DNA from: Bdellovibrio sp.
GTDB taxonomy: Bacteria > Bdellovibrionota > Bdellovibrionia > Bdellovibrionales > Bdellovibrionaceae
Direction: 5' to 3'
NCBI GenBank assembly: GCA_036677065.1
Contig: JAKFBS010000002.1
Coordinates: forward strand, 832,001 to 896,000
DNA: 64,000 nucleotides
Shown here: positions 1 to 9,621 of the stretch, piece after piece
Layout of the letters: every line of letters begins with the position of its first letter
Position numbering within the stretch: the stretch's first letter is position 1
Position numbers and translations under genes: made by a program
The notes under the pieces: model-generated
Seen by the model: only the letters and a program-made list of their open reading frames with translations
What the model was told of the DNA's origin: nothing
Databases searched by the model: none

Positions 1-39
1 TAAAGCGGTGATCAAAGTTGTTAACATATTTCTTTTCAT
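1..39 (-). CDS. 5' end of a secreted protein running off the window (MKRNMLTTLITAL...), probably an OmpH/Skp chaperone
   Basis: ATG at 39, SD AGGGAG at 45-50, signal-peptide-like start. Identity inferred only from the usual bamA-skp gene order. Confidence 0.45.
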   Translation of the reverse strand, partial: MKRNMLTTLITAL

Positions 40-81
40 AATTTCTCCCTTTAAAGTTGTTAAACTTGTTTTAAATATAAA

Positions 82-2454
82 TTAGAACGGAGGACCAATC
101 GAGAACTCAAAGTTAACTGAGTCGCCATTGAATTCATCCGTTTGTAATGGCCAACCCCACTCGAAGCGTAAAATACCGAGCGGTGACTTCCATCTAAAAC
201 CAATACCAATATCACTTAAAAATTTCGATGAAGCGATATCATCTTCAGCCTGACCGATATCGTAGAAACCGACTCCGCTTAATCCCGCTTCTTTAATTAA
301 CGGAAACTGCAATTCAGTTTGGAATAACACTTGTTTAGTACCGCCGACGATTAAGTTAGCGGCCTTGCGCGCATCTTCTTCTGAAATACCTGCACGGTAA
401 AACGGTGATGACGTGTCGTTTTTGATGGCGTTATAGCGAAGATCAGAAAACACACGTTTACCAACGCCAGAAGAACCGAAACCACGTAATGTGTACGGAC
501 CACCTAATTGATAAGTTTCACTGAACGGAACTGATCCGCCCTTTTCGATCGGTTGAATGTTTGAGTAAGAAAGATTATTTCTCCAAACCACATCCCAGAA
601 TAAATTATGGAAAAATTTAAAGCGTCCTGAAAACTCTTGGTATTTTAAATCGCCGCCAAAACCTGTGCGTTCGTAACTGATATCTGTGTAGATACCTTTT
701 GACGGCTCTTGACGGTCATTACGATTATCAAACTCTAATGTACCTTGCATAGCCGATGTGATCCCGCGTGCTGTGTCTAACGGAAAAATCAATGGGTCTG
801 TGTTTTCATTTTCAAAAAGCTCTGTTTTATCTAAACGGTATCTTAAGTACGCACGCGTATAATCACCATACACGGGATGACCGAAACGTAAGTTTCCGCC
901 GGTTTTACGGATGTCGTAATTAATTCTGGCTTTATTTTCGATGTAAAACACATCAAACCCTGAAGACCATTTTGTATCTAAGAAATAAGGATCTGTAAGA
1001 CCTAATTTGTAATCCTGACGGTTTTTAGAAGCATCAATACGTGCCTCTAACGATTGGCCCAAACCACGAAAGTTATTCTGCTGAACCGATCCACCTAAAC
1101 TGAAGCCCTGGGTATTACCATAAGCTGCCGTTAATTGAATTTGCCCGGTGTTACGCTCTTTAACTACTACTTCGATATTTAATTGATCTGGTTTTTCAGG
1201 AGGCGTGCTGGTTTTAAAGTTTACTTCTTCAAAAAAACCTAAACGCTGAATGTTTTCTTGCGATAGACGTTTGCGTGTTTCGTTGTAAAGTTCACCCTCT
1301 TCGATTTTTAATTCGCGGCGAACTACTTTATCACGAGTTTTTGAATTTCCGGTAACAATGATATCGCCGAAGTAAACTTTGTTACCTTTTTCAAATTCAA
1401 ACACTAAATCGACTTTTTTATCTGAATCACGAAAGTTATAACGTGGAATTACGTTGGCAAAGGCGTAACCAAGATCGCCGTATTTCGCCTGAAGGTCTGT
1501 GATATCTTTACGCATCACTTCGACAGAGAAAATGCCGTTATCTTTGATTTTTACCGCATCGTAAAGTTCAGATTTCGGAAACAATAAGTCTCCTGCGAAA
1601 TCAACTTCACCAACGTAGTACTGTTCACCCTCAGAGATGTGGTAAGTGATGTAAATTGATTTTTTATCCGGAGTTACTGTCACTAATGGACGGTCGATCT
1701 TAACTTGCAAGAAACCTTGGTTCCAGTAGATGTACTTTAAAACCTGCAAGTCTTGGTCAAACGCTTCTTGTTTGAAAGAGCCTGAATTAGACATGCCTGA
1801 GAAAAAACCTGCTTCTTTAGTAAATAAGCGTTCTTTTAACTGGTTATCTTTTAAAATTTTATTACCGATAAAAGTCATTTTTTTAACTTTTACTTTATCA
1901 TTTTCAGTAATCACAAACTTAACACGCACGGTTTCACCGGCTGTTACGTCTTCAATCACGGGTTCGATTTTAACCAGGTAATACCCTTTTTCTTCGTAGT
2001 ATTTTAATAACTTTTCAACCGCCGATTGGATTTTTGCGTTATTAACAACTTCAAAAGCTTTTAAGCCTGACTGCGTTTCTAAGTCTTCAGATTTAATTTC
2101 TGATTGCCCTTCGAAGACGATTTCAGCCACGATTGGTTTTTCGATAATTTTGTAAACTAGTTTCAAACCCTTAGCTGTGTTTTCTTTTAAGACCTCAACT
2201 TGAATAAAATAAGTCATCGCAAATAAATTTTGGATGTCTTGTTTTACGTTTTGTGGATCAAAAGATGAACCTACTTTAGAAACTAGTTTTGCTAAAACCG
2301 CATCTTTTTCGATTTTTTTAAGACCTTGGATTTCGATTTCAGCAACCGCTGGTTTGCTTGTCTGCGACGAGGCAACCTGAGCCATAAAAATGCCCGTGGT
2401 GAAAATCATGATGGAGAATAAAAAGCTCAGTTGTTTTAATAAGTTATTTAACAC
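82..2454 (-). CDS. bamA: Outer membrane protein assembly factor BamA
   Basis: 790 aa with POTRA repeats (GNSKTRDKVVRRE), LRGF loop motif, WKSPLGILRF and C-terminal Phe. Confidence 0.97.
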   Translation of the reverse strand: MLNNLLKQLSFLFSIMIFTTGIFMAQVASSQTSKPAVAEIEIQGLKKIEKDAVLAKLVSKVGSSFDPQNVKQDIQNLFAMTYFIQVEVLKENTAKGLKLVYKIIEKPIVAEIVFEGQSEIKSEDLETQSGLKAFEVVNNAKIQSAVEKLLKYYEEKGYYLVKIEPVIEDVTAGETVRVKFVITENDKVKVKKMTFIGNKILKDNQLKERLFTKEAGFFSGMSNSGSFKQEAFDQDLQVLKYIYWNQGFLQVKIDRPLVTVTPDKKSIYITYHISEGEQYYVGEVDFAGDLLFPKSELYDAVKIKDNGIFSVEVMRKDITDLQAKYGDLGYAFANVIPRYNFRDSDKKVDLVFEFEKGNKVYFGDIIVTGNSKTRDKVVRRELKIEEGELYNETRKRLSQENIQRLGFFEEVNFKTSTPPEKPDQLNIEVVVKERNTGQIQLTAAYGNTQGFSLGGSVQQNNFRGLGQSLEARIDASKNRQDYKLGLTDPYFLDTKWSSGFDVFYIENKARINYDIRKTGGNLRFGHPVYGDYTRAYLRYRLDKTELFENENTDPLIFPLDTARGITSAMQGTLEFDNRNDRQEPSKGIYTDISYERTGFGGDLKYQEFSGRFKFFHNLFWDVVWRNNLSYSNIQPIEKGGSVPFSETYQLGGPYTLRGFGSSGVGKRVFSDLRYNAIKNDTSSPFYRAGISEEDARKAANLIVGGTKQVLFQTELQFPLIKEAGLSGVGFYDIGQAEDDIASSKFLSDIGIGFRWKSPLGILRFEWGWPLQTDEFNGDSVNFEFSIGPPF

Positions 2455-2474
2455 CAGAAAAGGCTAGCTAGACT

Positions 2475-3143
2475 TTAGTTTGATGTCAAATAGCCATCTT
2501 TCATTCGGTAGATTTTCGAAAACGCCTGCGCAAATTGCAGGTCATGAGTTACGACGATCAAAGTCAATCCGAGCTTTTTTTGCAACTCAAAGAATAGGGT
2601 CTGGATCTTCGCCGAATTTTCTGAATCTAAATTACCCGTAGGCTCATCTGCCAACAAAATGCGCGGATTACGAATCAACGCCCTAGCAATAGCTACTCTT
2701 TGCAGCTCTCCACCACTTAATTGGTTCGGATAATGACTGGCGCGATCTGCTAAGCCCATAAACTCTAGCCATTCTATGGCTTTTTGTTTCGTCTCTTCAC
2801 GCGGAAGTTTTGCCAATAAGCCTGGCAACATGACGTTTTCTAATGCACTTAATTCATGAATGAGATGATGAAATTGAAATACAAACCCCATTGTCTCGTT
2901 GCGAAATAAAGCCAACTGATCATCGTTTTTTTCAAACAATGAAGCCCCTTCAAAAAGCACTTCGCCCTCAGTTGGGCGATCTAAGGTTCCTAAAATTTGT
3001 AAAAGGGTAGATTTTCCGGCTCCAGAAGAACCCAACAAACACACCGCTTCGCCAGCCTGAATATTTAAATCCACACCACGAAGAACTGAAACATGTGAGC
3101 TACCTGTGATATAGTTTTTTCGTAAACCTTGAACTTGTATCAT
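2475..3143 (-). CDS. lolD: Lipoprotein-releasing ABC ATPase LolD
   Basis: [32 protein letters not shown]; lies between lolE and bamA. Confidence 0.92.
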   Translation of the reverse strand: MIQVQGLRKNYITGSSHVSVLRGVDLNIQAGEAVCLLGSSGAGKSTLLQILGTLDRPTEGEVLFEGASLFEKNDDQLALFRNETMGFVFQFHHLIHELSALENVMLPGLLAKLPREETKQKAIEWLEFMGLADRASHYPNQLSGGELQRVAIARALIRNPRILLADEPTGNLDSENSAKIQTLFFELQKKLGLTLIVVTHDLQFAQAFSKIYRMKDGYLTSN

Positions 3144-4369
3144 TAGTCCTCCCGTAATCCTTCAACCACTGTAAGCAGGCTGCCTTTGCGAGCTGGCGGA
3201 TAAGTCGCCAATAAACATGCAAATGTTGTCGCAATAAAAATTAAAAAGAAATCAATCCAGCTTAATTGAATATCAATGCGATCGATTTTATAAACTGAAC
3301 CAGATATCAAAGGGTATTGTGATTGCAGAAACATAAACCCTTGCGACAATAAATAACCGGTTATAAATCCGCACAAACACCCTAAACAAGCGACGAAAAG
3401 CCCCTGCATGACAAAAATAATCTGAATATTTCTTTGCGTTGAACCTAACGCTTTTAAAATCGCGATATCTTGATAACGCTGACGAATTAAAACATATAAC
3501 GTGCTTGAAATATTAAAAGCTGCAACAACCACAATTAAAAATACGACGAAAAAAATCACAACACTTTCGTATTTAACCGCTTTGAATAGATTCTTGTTCA
3601 CTTCATACCAATTAAGCACTGCATAACGAGAACCCAGTTCATTTTCGATTTTATGTGACAATTCTGGGGCATATTCAGAATCTTCGATTTTTACAAAAGC
3701 CCCTGTGTAACGATCGCCGATTTGAGTCAGCTCTTGAAAGTCTGGCAAATGCGATAGAATTAACCGTTCGTTCCAATCATTTTTACCAAAATCTAAAATC
3801 GCTGAAATCTTAAAGGCCTTAGCTTGGCGCTTAAAATTATCATCTTCAAAAGGCGTCGCTAAAGACACAGCTAAATACACTTCATCATTAAGTTTTAAAC
3901 TGTAACGTTTAGCTAAACCTTGGCCGATGGCGATAGTTCCGGCCGGAGACTGCAATGTTCCTTCACGCACGCGTGAGTTTAAATTTAAAATTTCACGAAC
4001 TTGATCAAAATCAAAACCTTGAATTAAAACGCCAGAAACTTTTCCTTTTGAGGCGATCACAGCTTCGGTGTAAGCAAAGCGTGCGATTTTTTGAATGCTT
4101 GGATCAATTTTTTGAATGTCGGCCGCAAACTCATCCCAGCTTTCGATCAATTTACCTTTTTTAATAATTTGAATATCACTGGTGACATCAATCATGGCCT
4201 GTTTTAATGAATTTTCAAAACCACGCATCACTGACATACTGGCAACTAATGCGGCTACACCTAAAACTAATCCCAAAAATGACAACGGTGCAGAACCACC
4301 GAATAAAATTTGTTTATTAAACAGCAAGCGTCCCGATAACCAAAATTTAAATTTTAAATCTCTAAACAT
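3143..4369 (-). CDS. Lipoprotein-releasing permease LolC/E family
   Basis: FtsX/MacB-type permease motifs (GVAALVASMSVMRGF, VAAFNISSTL, DIAILKALG). Start taken as ATG 4369 (4387 also possible); stop overlaps the lolD ATG (TAATG). Confidence 0.9.
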   Translation of the reverse strand: MFRDLKFKFWLSGRLLFNKQILFGGSAPLSFLGLVLGVAALVASMSVMRGFENSLKQAMIDVTSDIQIIKKGKLIESWDEFAADIQKIDPSIQKIARFAYTEAVIASKGKVSGVLIQGFDFDQVREILNLNSRVREGTLQSPAGTIAIGQGLAKRYSLKLNDEVYLAVSLATPFEDDNFKRQAKAFKISAILDFGKNDWNERLILSHLPDFQELTQIGDRYTGAFVKIEDSEYAPELSHKIENELGSRYAVLNWYEVNKNLFKAVKYESVVIFFVVFLIVVVAAFNISSTLYVLIRQRYQDIAILKALGSTQRNIQIIFVMQGLFVACLGCLCGFITGYLLSQGFMFLQSQYPLISGSVYKIDRIDIQLSWIDFFLIFIATTFACLLATYPPARKGSLLTVVEGLRED

Positions 4370-5514
4370 CTGAGTCTGCCTCAGCATTTTGCCCCAGAGT
4401 TCCGTGAATTTGGGCTTTTAAATACTCCATAACAAAATCAGAAAATTCGCCGTTCATGACTTTATCAACCTGATTTGTGCTATAACCGGTGCGGTGATCT
4501 TTAACTAGCTGATACGGATGCATCACATAAGATCTGATTTGCGAACCCCACTCGTTGGCTTTTTTTGTGGAATTCATGGCATCTTTTTCTTTATTTCTTT
4601 TTTCGACTTCTTTTTCGTAAAGAGCTGCTTTTAACATCTTCATAGCTTTTTCACGATTTTGAACCTGCGAACGTTGTTGCTGTGAAGCCACCACTATGCC
4701 TGAAGGTCTATGACGGATTCTCACTGCCGAATCCGTTTTATTAACGTGCTGTCCGCCAGCGCCGCTTGAGCGGTAAGTTTCTACATCAATATCATCGGTT
4801 TTAACTTCGATTTGAATGTCATCGTCGACTTCGGCCCAAACAAACACTGATGCAAAAGAAGTATGGCGTCTGGCATTAGAATCAAACGGAGAAATACGCA
4901 CTAAACGATGCACTCCGGATTCAGCTTTTAAATAACCATAGGCATATTCACCAGAGATTAAAAGCGTGCAAGATTTAATACCTGCACCTTCACCGTCGGT
5001 CATATCTAAAATTTCACATTTATAACCCTGCTTTTCAGCGTAGCGGGTGTACATGCGAAGGAGCATTTCGGCCCAGTCACAGCTTTCTGTTCCGCCAGCA
5101 CCAGAGTTAATTGATAAATACGTATTATTGGCATCAAGCTCGCCGCTTAATACTTTTTGTAATTCTAATTGTTCGCCGATTTTTTGAACGGCGTTTAGCT
5201 CTGCTTTAACTTCTTTAAATGAAGCTTCATCGTGGGCATCAACGGCCATCTCTAAAAGCACTTTGGCATCAGCAAAACGATTAGAAAATTGATTCCATTC
5301 GCCGAAGGCCTTTTCAAGTAAAGTTTTTTCTTTATTGTGCTTTTGCATTTCGGCAGGCTTGTTCCAAAGTTCTGGATTTTCTGCCGCCATCGCTAGTTCT
5401 TCGAGGCGTTTTTTCTTGCGATCAAGGTCAAAGGTACCCCCGAAGCTCTACAGAAAACTGATCCAGTTCTGTAATTTGTTTTTTAACTTCGGATAATTCA
5501 GTAACTATTGACAT
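4362..5514 (-). CDS. prfB: Peptide chain release factor 2, made via programmed +1 frameshift (28 + 355 aa)
   Basis: SPF and GGQ motifs. ORF1 5514-5428 (MSIVTELSEVKKQITELDQFSVELRGYL*) continues in the +1 frame as DLDRKKKRLEELAM into the ORF-track protein. Confidence 0.97.
5427..5441 (-). promoter_or_regulatory. RF2 programmed +1 frameshift site
   Basis: Minus strand reads GGGGG-TAC-CTT-TGA-C: internal SD-like run followed by CUU UGA C. Confidence 0.95.
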
Positions 5515-5538
5515 AACACTAGAGTCTAGATTGATTTT

Positions 5539-5979
5539 TTAAGCTGTCAACTGCTCGAATAATGCATCTTGAATGCGAAACATCAACTTTTCTTCGGCTT
5601 TTGATAGCTCGTGGTCGTAACCTAAAAGGTGTAAAACGCCATGAATCAACATGTATAGAAATTCGTTTTCTAACGAATGATCTTGCTCTTTCGCTTGTTT
5701 TTTTAGCACATCGAGACAAAAAAGAAGCTCTCCGAGAGAGTCTTTTTCCATAGAGGCAAAACTTAGAACATCTGTTGCCTTATTTTTGCCGCGAAATTGT
5801 TTATTTATTTTTTTCATCTCTTTGGAATCTAAAAACACAAGAGTGATTGTTTTGGCTTTTAATTGCTTTTGATTGCGTACCTTAGTTTTGCCAAGGCCAC
5901 GCACGACAGCATCAAGCATGGCCTGAATTTTCTTCTGGTGCGTTCTACTTTTTGACTGATTGACAACCTGAGCTTCCAT
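5539..5979 (-). CDS. ybeY: rRNA maturation endoribonuclease YbeY
   Basis: NKQFRGKNKATDVLSF and HGVLHLLGYDH zinc motif. Confidence 0.95.
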   Translation of the reverse strand: MEAQVVNQSKSRTHQKKIQAMLDAVVRGLGKTKVRNQKQLKAKTITLVFLDSKEMKKINKQFRGKNKATDVLSFASMEKDSLGELLFCLDVLKKQAKEQDHSLENEFLYMLIHGVLHLLGYDHELSKAEEKLMFRIQDALFEQLTA

Positions 5980-5994
5980 ATTTTCAAATACAGC

Positions 5995-6792
5995 ATGCCA
6001 ATTCCTCCAAAAAATCTCAATGAATTTTCAAGTTTACTTCAACTTATGCGCGATTTACGCGGGCCAGATGGCTGCCCGTGGGATAAAGAGCAGACGCACC
6101 TGTCACTTGCACCCTACGCGATCGAAGAAACCTTTGAGATGGTCGAAGCCCTAGAAAAACAAGATGATGCTGAATTTTGCGAAGAACTGGGCGATGTGCT
6201 TTTTCAGGTGGTTTTACATGCCCAGCTTGCGACCGAACGTAAAGCTTTTGATATCACTGATGTAATCACTTCTATTTCAGAAAAACTGGTGCGCAGACAT
6301 CCGCATGTTTTTTCAGAAGTTAAAGTCAGCGGCTCTGACGAAGTGATTAAAAACTGGAACGACATCAAAGCTAAAGAAAAAGCTGGCAAAGTAAAACCGG
6401 TATTTAGCTTACCTAAAGGACTTCCAGCTTTACCGACGGCAGAAAAAATCGGAAGCAAAACTGAGAAATTAAAATTTGACTGGTCAGAAGCAAAACAAGT
6501 GCTGGCACAGTTAAAATCAGAAATCGCAGAGCTTGAAGAAGAAATGAATCGCGCTGAAACCGACACTGGATCACTAGATCACGAAATGGGTGATGTTTTA
6601 TTTTCAGCAGCACAGCTTGCAAGGCATCTGAAATTAGATGCCGAAAGCTCTCTGCGCAGAGCTAATTTGCGCTTTCAAAAACGTTTTAACCAAATGCTTT
6701 CTTATTGCGAAAATGATGTCGATAAATTCACAGCCTTAAGCTCTGAAAACAAAGAACAGCTCTGGAGCAGAGCTAAAAAAGAATTGTCATAG
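5995..6792 (+). CDS. mazG: Nucleoside triphosphate pyrophosphohydrolase MazG
   Basis: GCPWDKEQT, EELGDVLFQV, KLVRRHPHVF; two tandem MazG domains. Confidence 0.95.
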   Translation: MPIPPKNLNEFSSLLQLMRDLRGPDGCPWDKEQTHLSLAPYAIEETFEMVEALEKQDDAEFCEELGDVLFQVVLHAQLATERKAFDITDVITSISEKLVRRHPHVFSEVKVSGSDEVIKNWNDIKAKEKAGKVKPVFSLPKGLPALPTAEKIGSKTEKLKFDWSEAKQVLAQLKSEIAELEEEMNRAETDTGSLDHEMGDVLFSAAQLARHLKLDAESSLRRANLRFQKRFNQMLSYCENDVDKFTALSSENKEQLWSRAKKELS

Positions 6793-7078
6793 TTAAAAAA
6801 AGATCAAAATCGTATTTCAATTTTTCTGTCTAAAGTTTTTTCAAAAAAAATGACTCTTAATATTATCAAATTCACGGCAGTGTTATTTTTTACCTATACT
6901 GTCAAAGAACTTGACGCACAAAAAAATATTTTCACCTGCAAAAAATATTTTTTTCAAGCTTTTCGCGTATTTAGCGTGTCTCAAAATAGCCCGGCAGTTT
7001 TTATTCACCAGACATAATCAACACTTACGGGCTCGTTCGCGGTTCGTTTAGCGCCAATCTATTCTAATTTCACGGATT

Positions 7079-7105
7079 TAATTATTTTATATCACTGGAC
7101 GATAA
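7079..7105 (+). promoter_or_regulatory. Putative sigma28 (FliA)-type promoter of the Agl-Glt operon
   Basis: TAAT-N15-GACGATAA versus consensus TAAA-N15-GCCGATAA; SD AAGGAG follows. Confidence 0.5.
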
Positions 7106-7131
7106 TCTAGTAGCAATACAAGGAGAACAAA

Positions 7132-8235
7132 ATGTTCTTACGACAAACGAAACTGAAGATCGCAGAAAAAATTATGTTAGCAAGCTTAGCAATGACTGCT
7201 GTAGCATGTGATAAGGGCGCAGGCTCTTTTTCAATTCTTTCTGACAACTCTCAATTCCAACAAGCTGTTACGTTTACTCCACGTAAATTAGACGTTCTCT
7301 TCGTTGTCGATAACTCAGGCTCAATGCTGACTTCACAAAATAACTTAGCAAATAACTTTCCGTCTTTTATCGATAAGTTCATTGAGCAAGGATATGACTT
7401 TCGTATCGCAGTGACGACGACTGATGCTTTTTATGGTGACCAGTTCATCGCCACAGGTTGTTCATTGTGCAACACCGAGCAAACTCGTTTTCGCACAGGT
7501 GTTAATCCGCCAGTTTATGTTATTGACCGCGCAGATTATGATTTAAGCCTAGCTGGCGAAGAAACCCGCCTGAAGAATGATTTCACTTTAAATGTTAAAG
7601 TAGGAACAAATGGTTCAGGTGATGAACGTGCATTTTCAAGCTTTAAAGCAGCTCTTAGTTCTAGCTTAAATGTGAACTTTCACAGAGCAGATGCTTTCTT
7701 AGCTATCGTTATTGTTTCTGATGAAGAAGATTTTTCTCAATCACAATATACAATGAACGAAAGCTATGCTAATTCAAACATTCACACAGTCGCTTCGTAT
7801 AAATCTTTCTTAGACAGCTTCACTGGTGGTAATGCTTCTGAAGATTATTCAGTGTCTGCGATTTCAATTTCGGATCAAGCTTGCCGCGATACTTTAGCCG
7901 GCGGTTCTGGTGGAGCACAAAAAATTGCTGCTCGTTATAATGAATTAGTTGATTTAACTGGCGGCACTAAGAATTCAATCTGTAATCCATTTGACCAAAC
8001 ACTTGATAATATCAGTTCTCAGATTATGACCGAATCAAAACCAGTATATACGCTTGATAAAAAGCCAATTATCGCTTCTATCCGTGTAGCGGTTGGTGGT
8101 GTTCAGGTTCCGCAAAGCAGCACTGATGGCTGGTCTTATGATGCCGTCGAAAATACGATCACGATCAATGGCGCCACTTACAAACCAAGTCCAGGCGCAC
8201 CGATCTCGATCAACTTTGACCCAGATTTAAACTAA
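7132..8235 (+). CDS. VWA-domain lipoprotein, CglB-like gliding adhesin
   Basis: Lipobox AVAC, MIDAS motif DVLFVVDNSGSM, IVSDEED; first gene of the agl/glt cluster. Confidence 0.8.
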   Translation: MFLRQTKLKIAEKIMLASLAMTAVACDKGAGSFSILSDNSQFQQAVTFTPRKLDVLFVVDNSGSMLTSQNNLANNFPSFIDKFIEQGYDFRIAVTTTDAFYGDQFIATGCSLCNTEQTRFRTGVNPPVYVIDRADYDLSLAGEETRLKNDFTLNVKVGTNGSGDERAFSSFKAALSSSLNVNFHRADAFLAIVIVSDEEDFSQSQYTMNESYANSNIHTVASYKSFLDSFTGGNASEDYSVSAISISDQACRDTLAGGSGGAQKIAARYNELVDLTGGTKNSICNPFDQTLDNISSQIMTESKPVYTLDKKPIIASIRVAVGGVQVPQSSTDGWSYDAVENTITINGATYKPSPGAPISINFDPDLN

Positions 8236-8259
8236 TTAAAATTAATAAATAAAAGGAAA

Positions 8260-8832
8260 ATGAAAATGGCGACAACTGAAAATAACTGGTATGTGTTAAT
8301 GGGCGATCAAAAATACGGACCGTATGAATATAAATCTTTAATCAACATGATTCAGACGAACCAGTTGATGGATTATAATTATGTCTGGGCGGCTCACTTA
8401 GGTTCTTGGACGCAGATCCACCAACTTGAAGAGTTCAGTAAAGATCGTTTTCAAATTTTATTACAGCAAGAATCAGAAGTCGTTTCTGCATTCATCAAGC
8501 GCGAGCACAATCGACAAGATGTTGATGTTCCCCTATTAGGACACAACCACCAAAGATTTTTTGATGGCCAAATGGTCTCAATTTCGAAAGTAGGCGCCCT
8601 CGTTCTGCTGAACTCGCCATTGATCCAGGTGGGTGATAAATTAAAACTTCATGTAAAGTCTAATGATGAGACAAAACCATTCAATGTGGAGTGCGAAGTA
8701 ATCAGAAAAAACTTTTCAAAACAACGACTTAACTCAAAATCTGGCCTCTATTATGCGGTACGTTTTCACGATATACAACCAGTGGGAGTGCAAATTATCC
8801 AATCATGGTTAAGCGCACCGAAGGCCGCATAA
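8260..8832 (+). CDS. GYF_2 (DUF4339) + PilZ domain protein
   Basis: WYV...KYGPY...YVW...W pattern, then REHNR (RxxxR), SISKVG and a YAVRF PilZ tail. Confidence 0.8.
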   Translation: MKMATTENNWYVLMGDQKYGPYEYKSLINMIQTNQLMDYNYVWAAHLGSWTQIHQLEEFSKDRFQILLQQESEVVSAFIKREHNRQDVDVPLLGHNHQRFFDGQMVSISKVGALVLLNSPLIQVGDKLKLHVKSNDETKPFNVECEVIRKNFSKQRLNSKSGLYYAVRFHDIQPVGVQIIQSWLSAPKAA

Positions 8833-8880
8833 CATATTTTTTTTAAACGTAATAACAGAAAAAAATCTCGGAGGATTTAT

Positions 8881-9597
8881 ATGGAAATTTTAAACTTTAT
8901 TAGAGAAGCCGGCGTAGTTGGCTGGGTTATTCTAGCTACTGGTGTTGCCGTTGCTGCCCTTGTGGTTGAACGTGCCCGCACACTTTACTTTCACTATGGT
9001 ATGAATGTCGATGCCTTCACAGGCAAAATTCATACATTAGTTTTATCAAAAAAAGTTGATGAAGCTATTGTAACCTGTGCCCAAATGGAAGATAAACCGT
9101 TAGCACGCGCTTTCAAAACGATCTTAGAAAAAGCTGATCGTGATGATGAGACGATTTTTCAGGCGCAAGACATCGCCATGTCTGAAGCGGTTCCTTTATA
9201 TACGAAACGTTTACATTACCTTTCAATGTTAGCCAACGTGGCTACTCTATTAGGTTTATTAGGTACGATTCACGGTCTTATCTTATCGTTCCAAGCGGTA
9301 GCCCAGGCCGATCCTGCAACTAAGCAAGCGATGTTAGCAAACGGTATCGCGGTATCGATGTATACAACGGCACTTGGTCTAGCGGTAGCAATTCCTGCGA
9401 TGGTTCTTTATTCATTCTTAGTTTCTCGTCAGAATGAATTACTAGAGCAATTACAAGAAAAATGCTCAAAATTAACTGAAACATTAACTAGCAGTTCGAT
9501 CCCAGGTCTTAGCAAAAACAATATCTATCCAGATGTTTCAAATGCTCCGACTACGAATACACAAGTTCCTCCATCGCATTCAACTAAAGCGTCTTAA
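8881..9597 (+). CDS. MotA/TolQ/ExbB proton-channel subunit (AglR-like)
   Basis: ATLLGLLGTIHGLI and TTALGLAVAIPA transmembrane motifs. Confidence 0.92.
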   Translation: MEILNFIREAGVVGWVILATGVAVAALVVERARTLYFHYGMNVDAFTGKIHTLVLSKKVDEAIVTCAQMEDKPLARAFKTILEKADRDDETIFQAQDIAMSEAVPLYTKRLHYLSMLANVATLLGLLGTIHGLILSFQAVAQADPATKQAMLANGIAVSMYTTALGLAVAIPAMVLYSFLVSRQNELLEQLQEKCSKLTETLTSSSIPGLSKNNIYPDVSNAPTTNTQVPPSHSTKAS

Positions 9598-9607
9598 TTA
9601 AGACGCT
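9588..9607. repeat. Perfect 20-bp palindrome spanning the stop codon of the AglR-like gene
   Basis: AGCGTCTTAATTAAGACGCT, 3 nt upstream of the next gene's SD (AGGAG). Confidence 0.85.
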
Positions 9608-9621
9608 AACAGGAGACTTTT

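Noticed and set aside
4362..5390. prfB as a truncated gene or pseudogene
   Set aside because: Fully explained by the canonical CTT-TGA-C programmed frameshift
5995..6792. mazG as an antiphage MazG-like effector
   Set aside because: Canonical two-domain housekeeping form in a core-gene context
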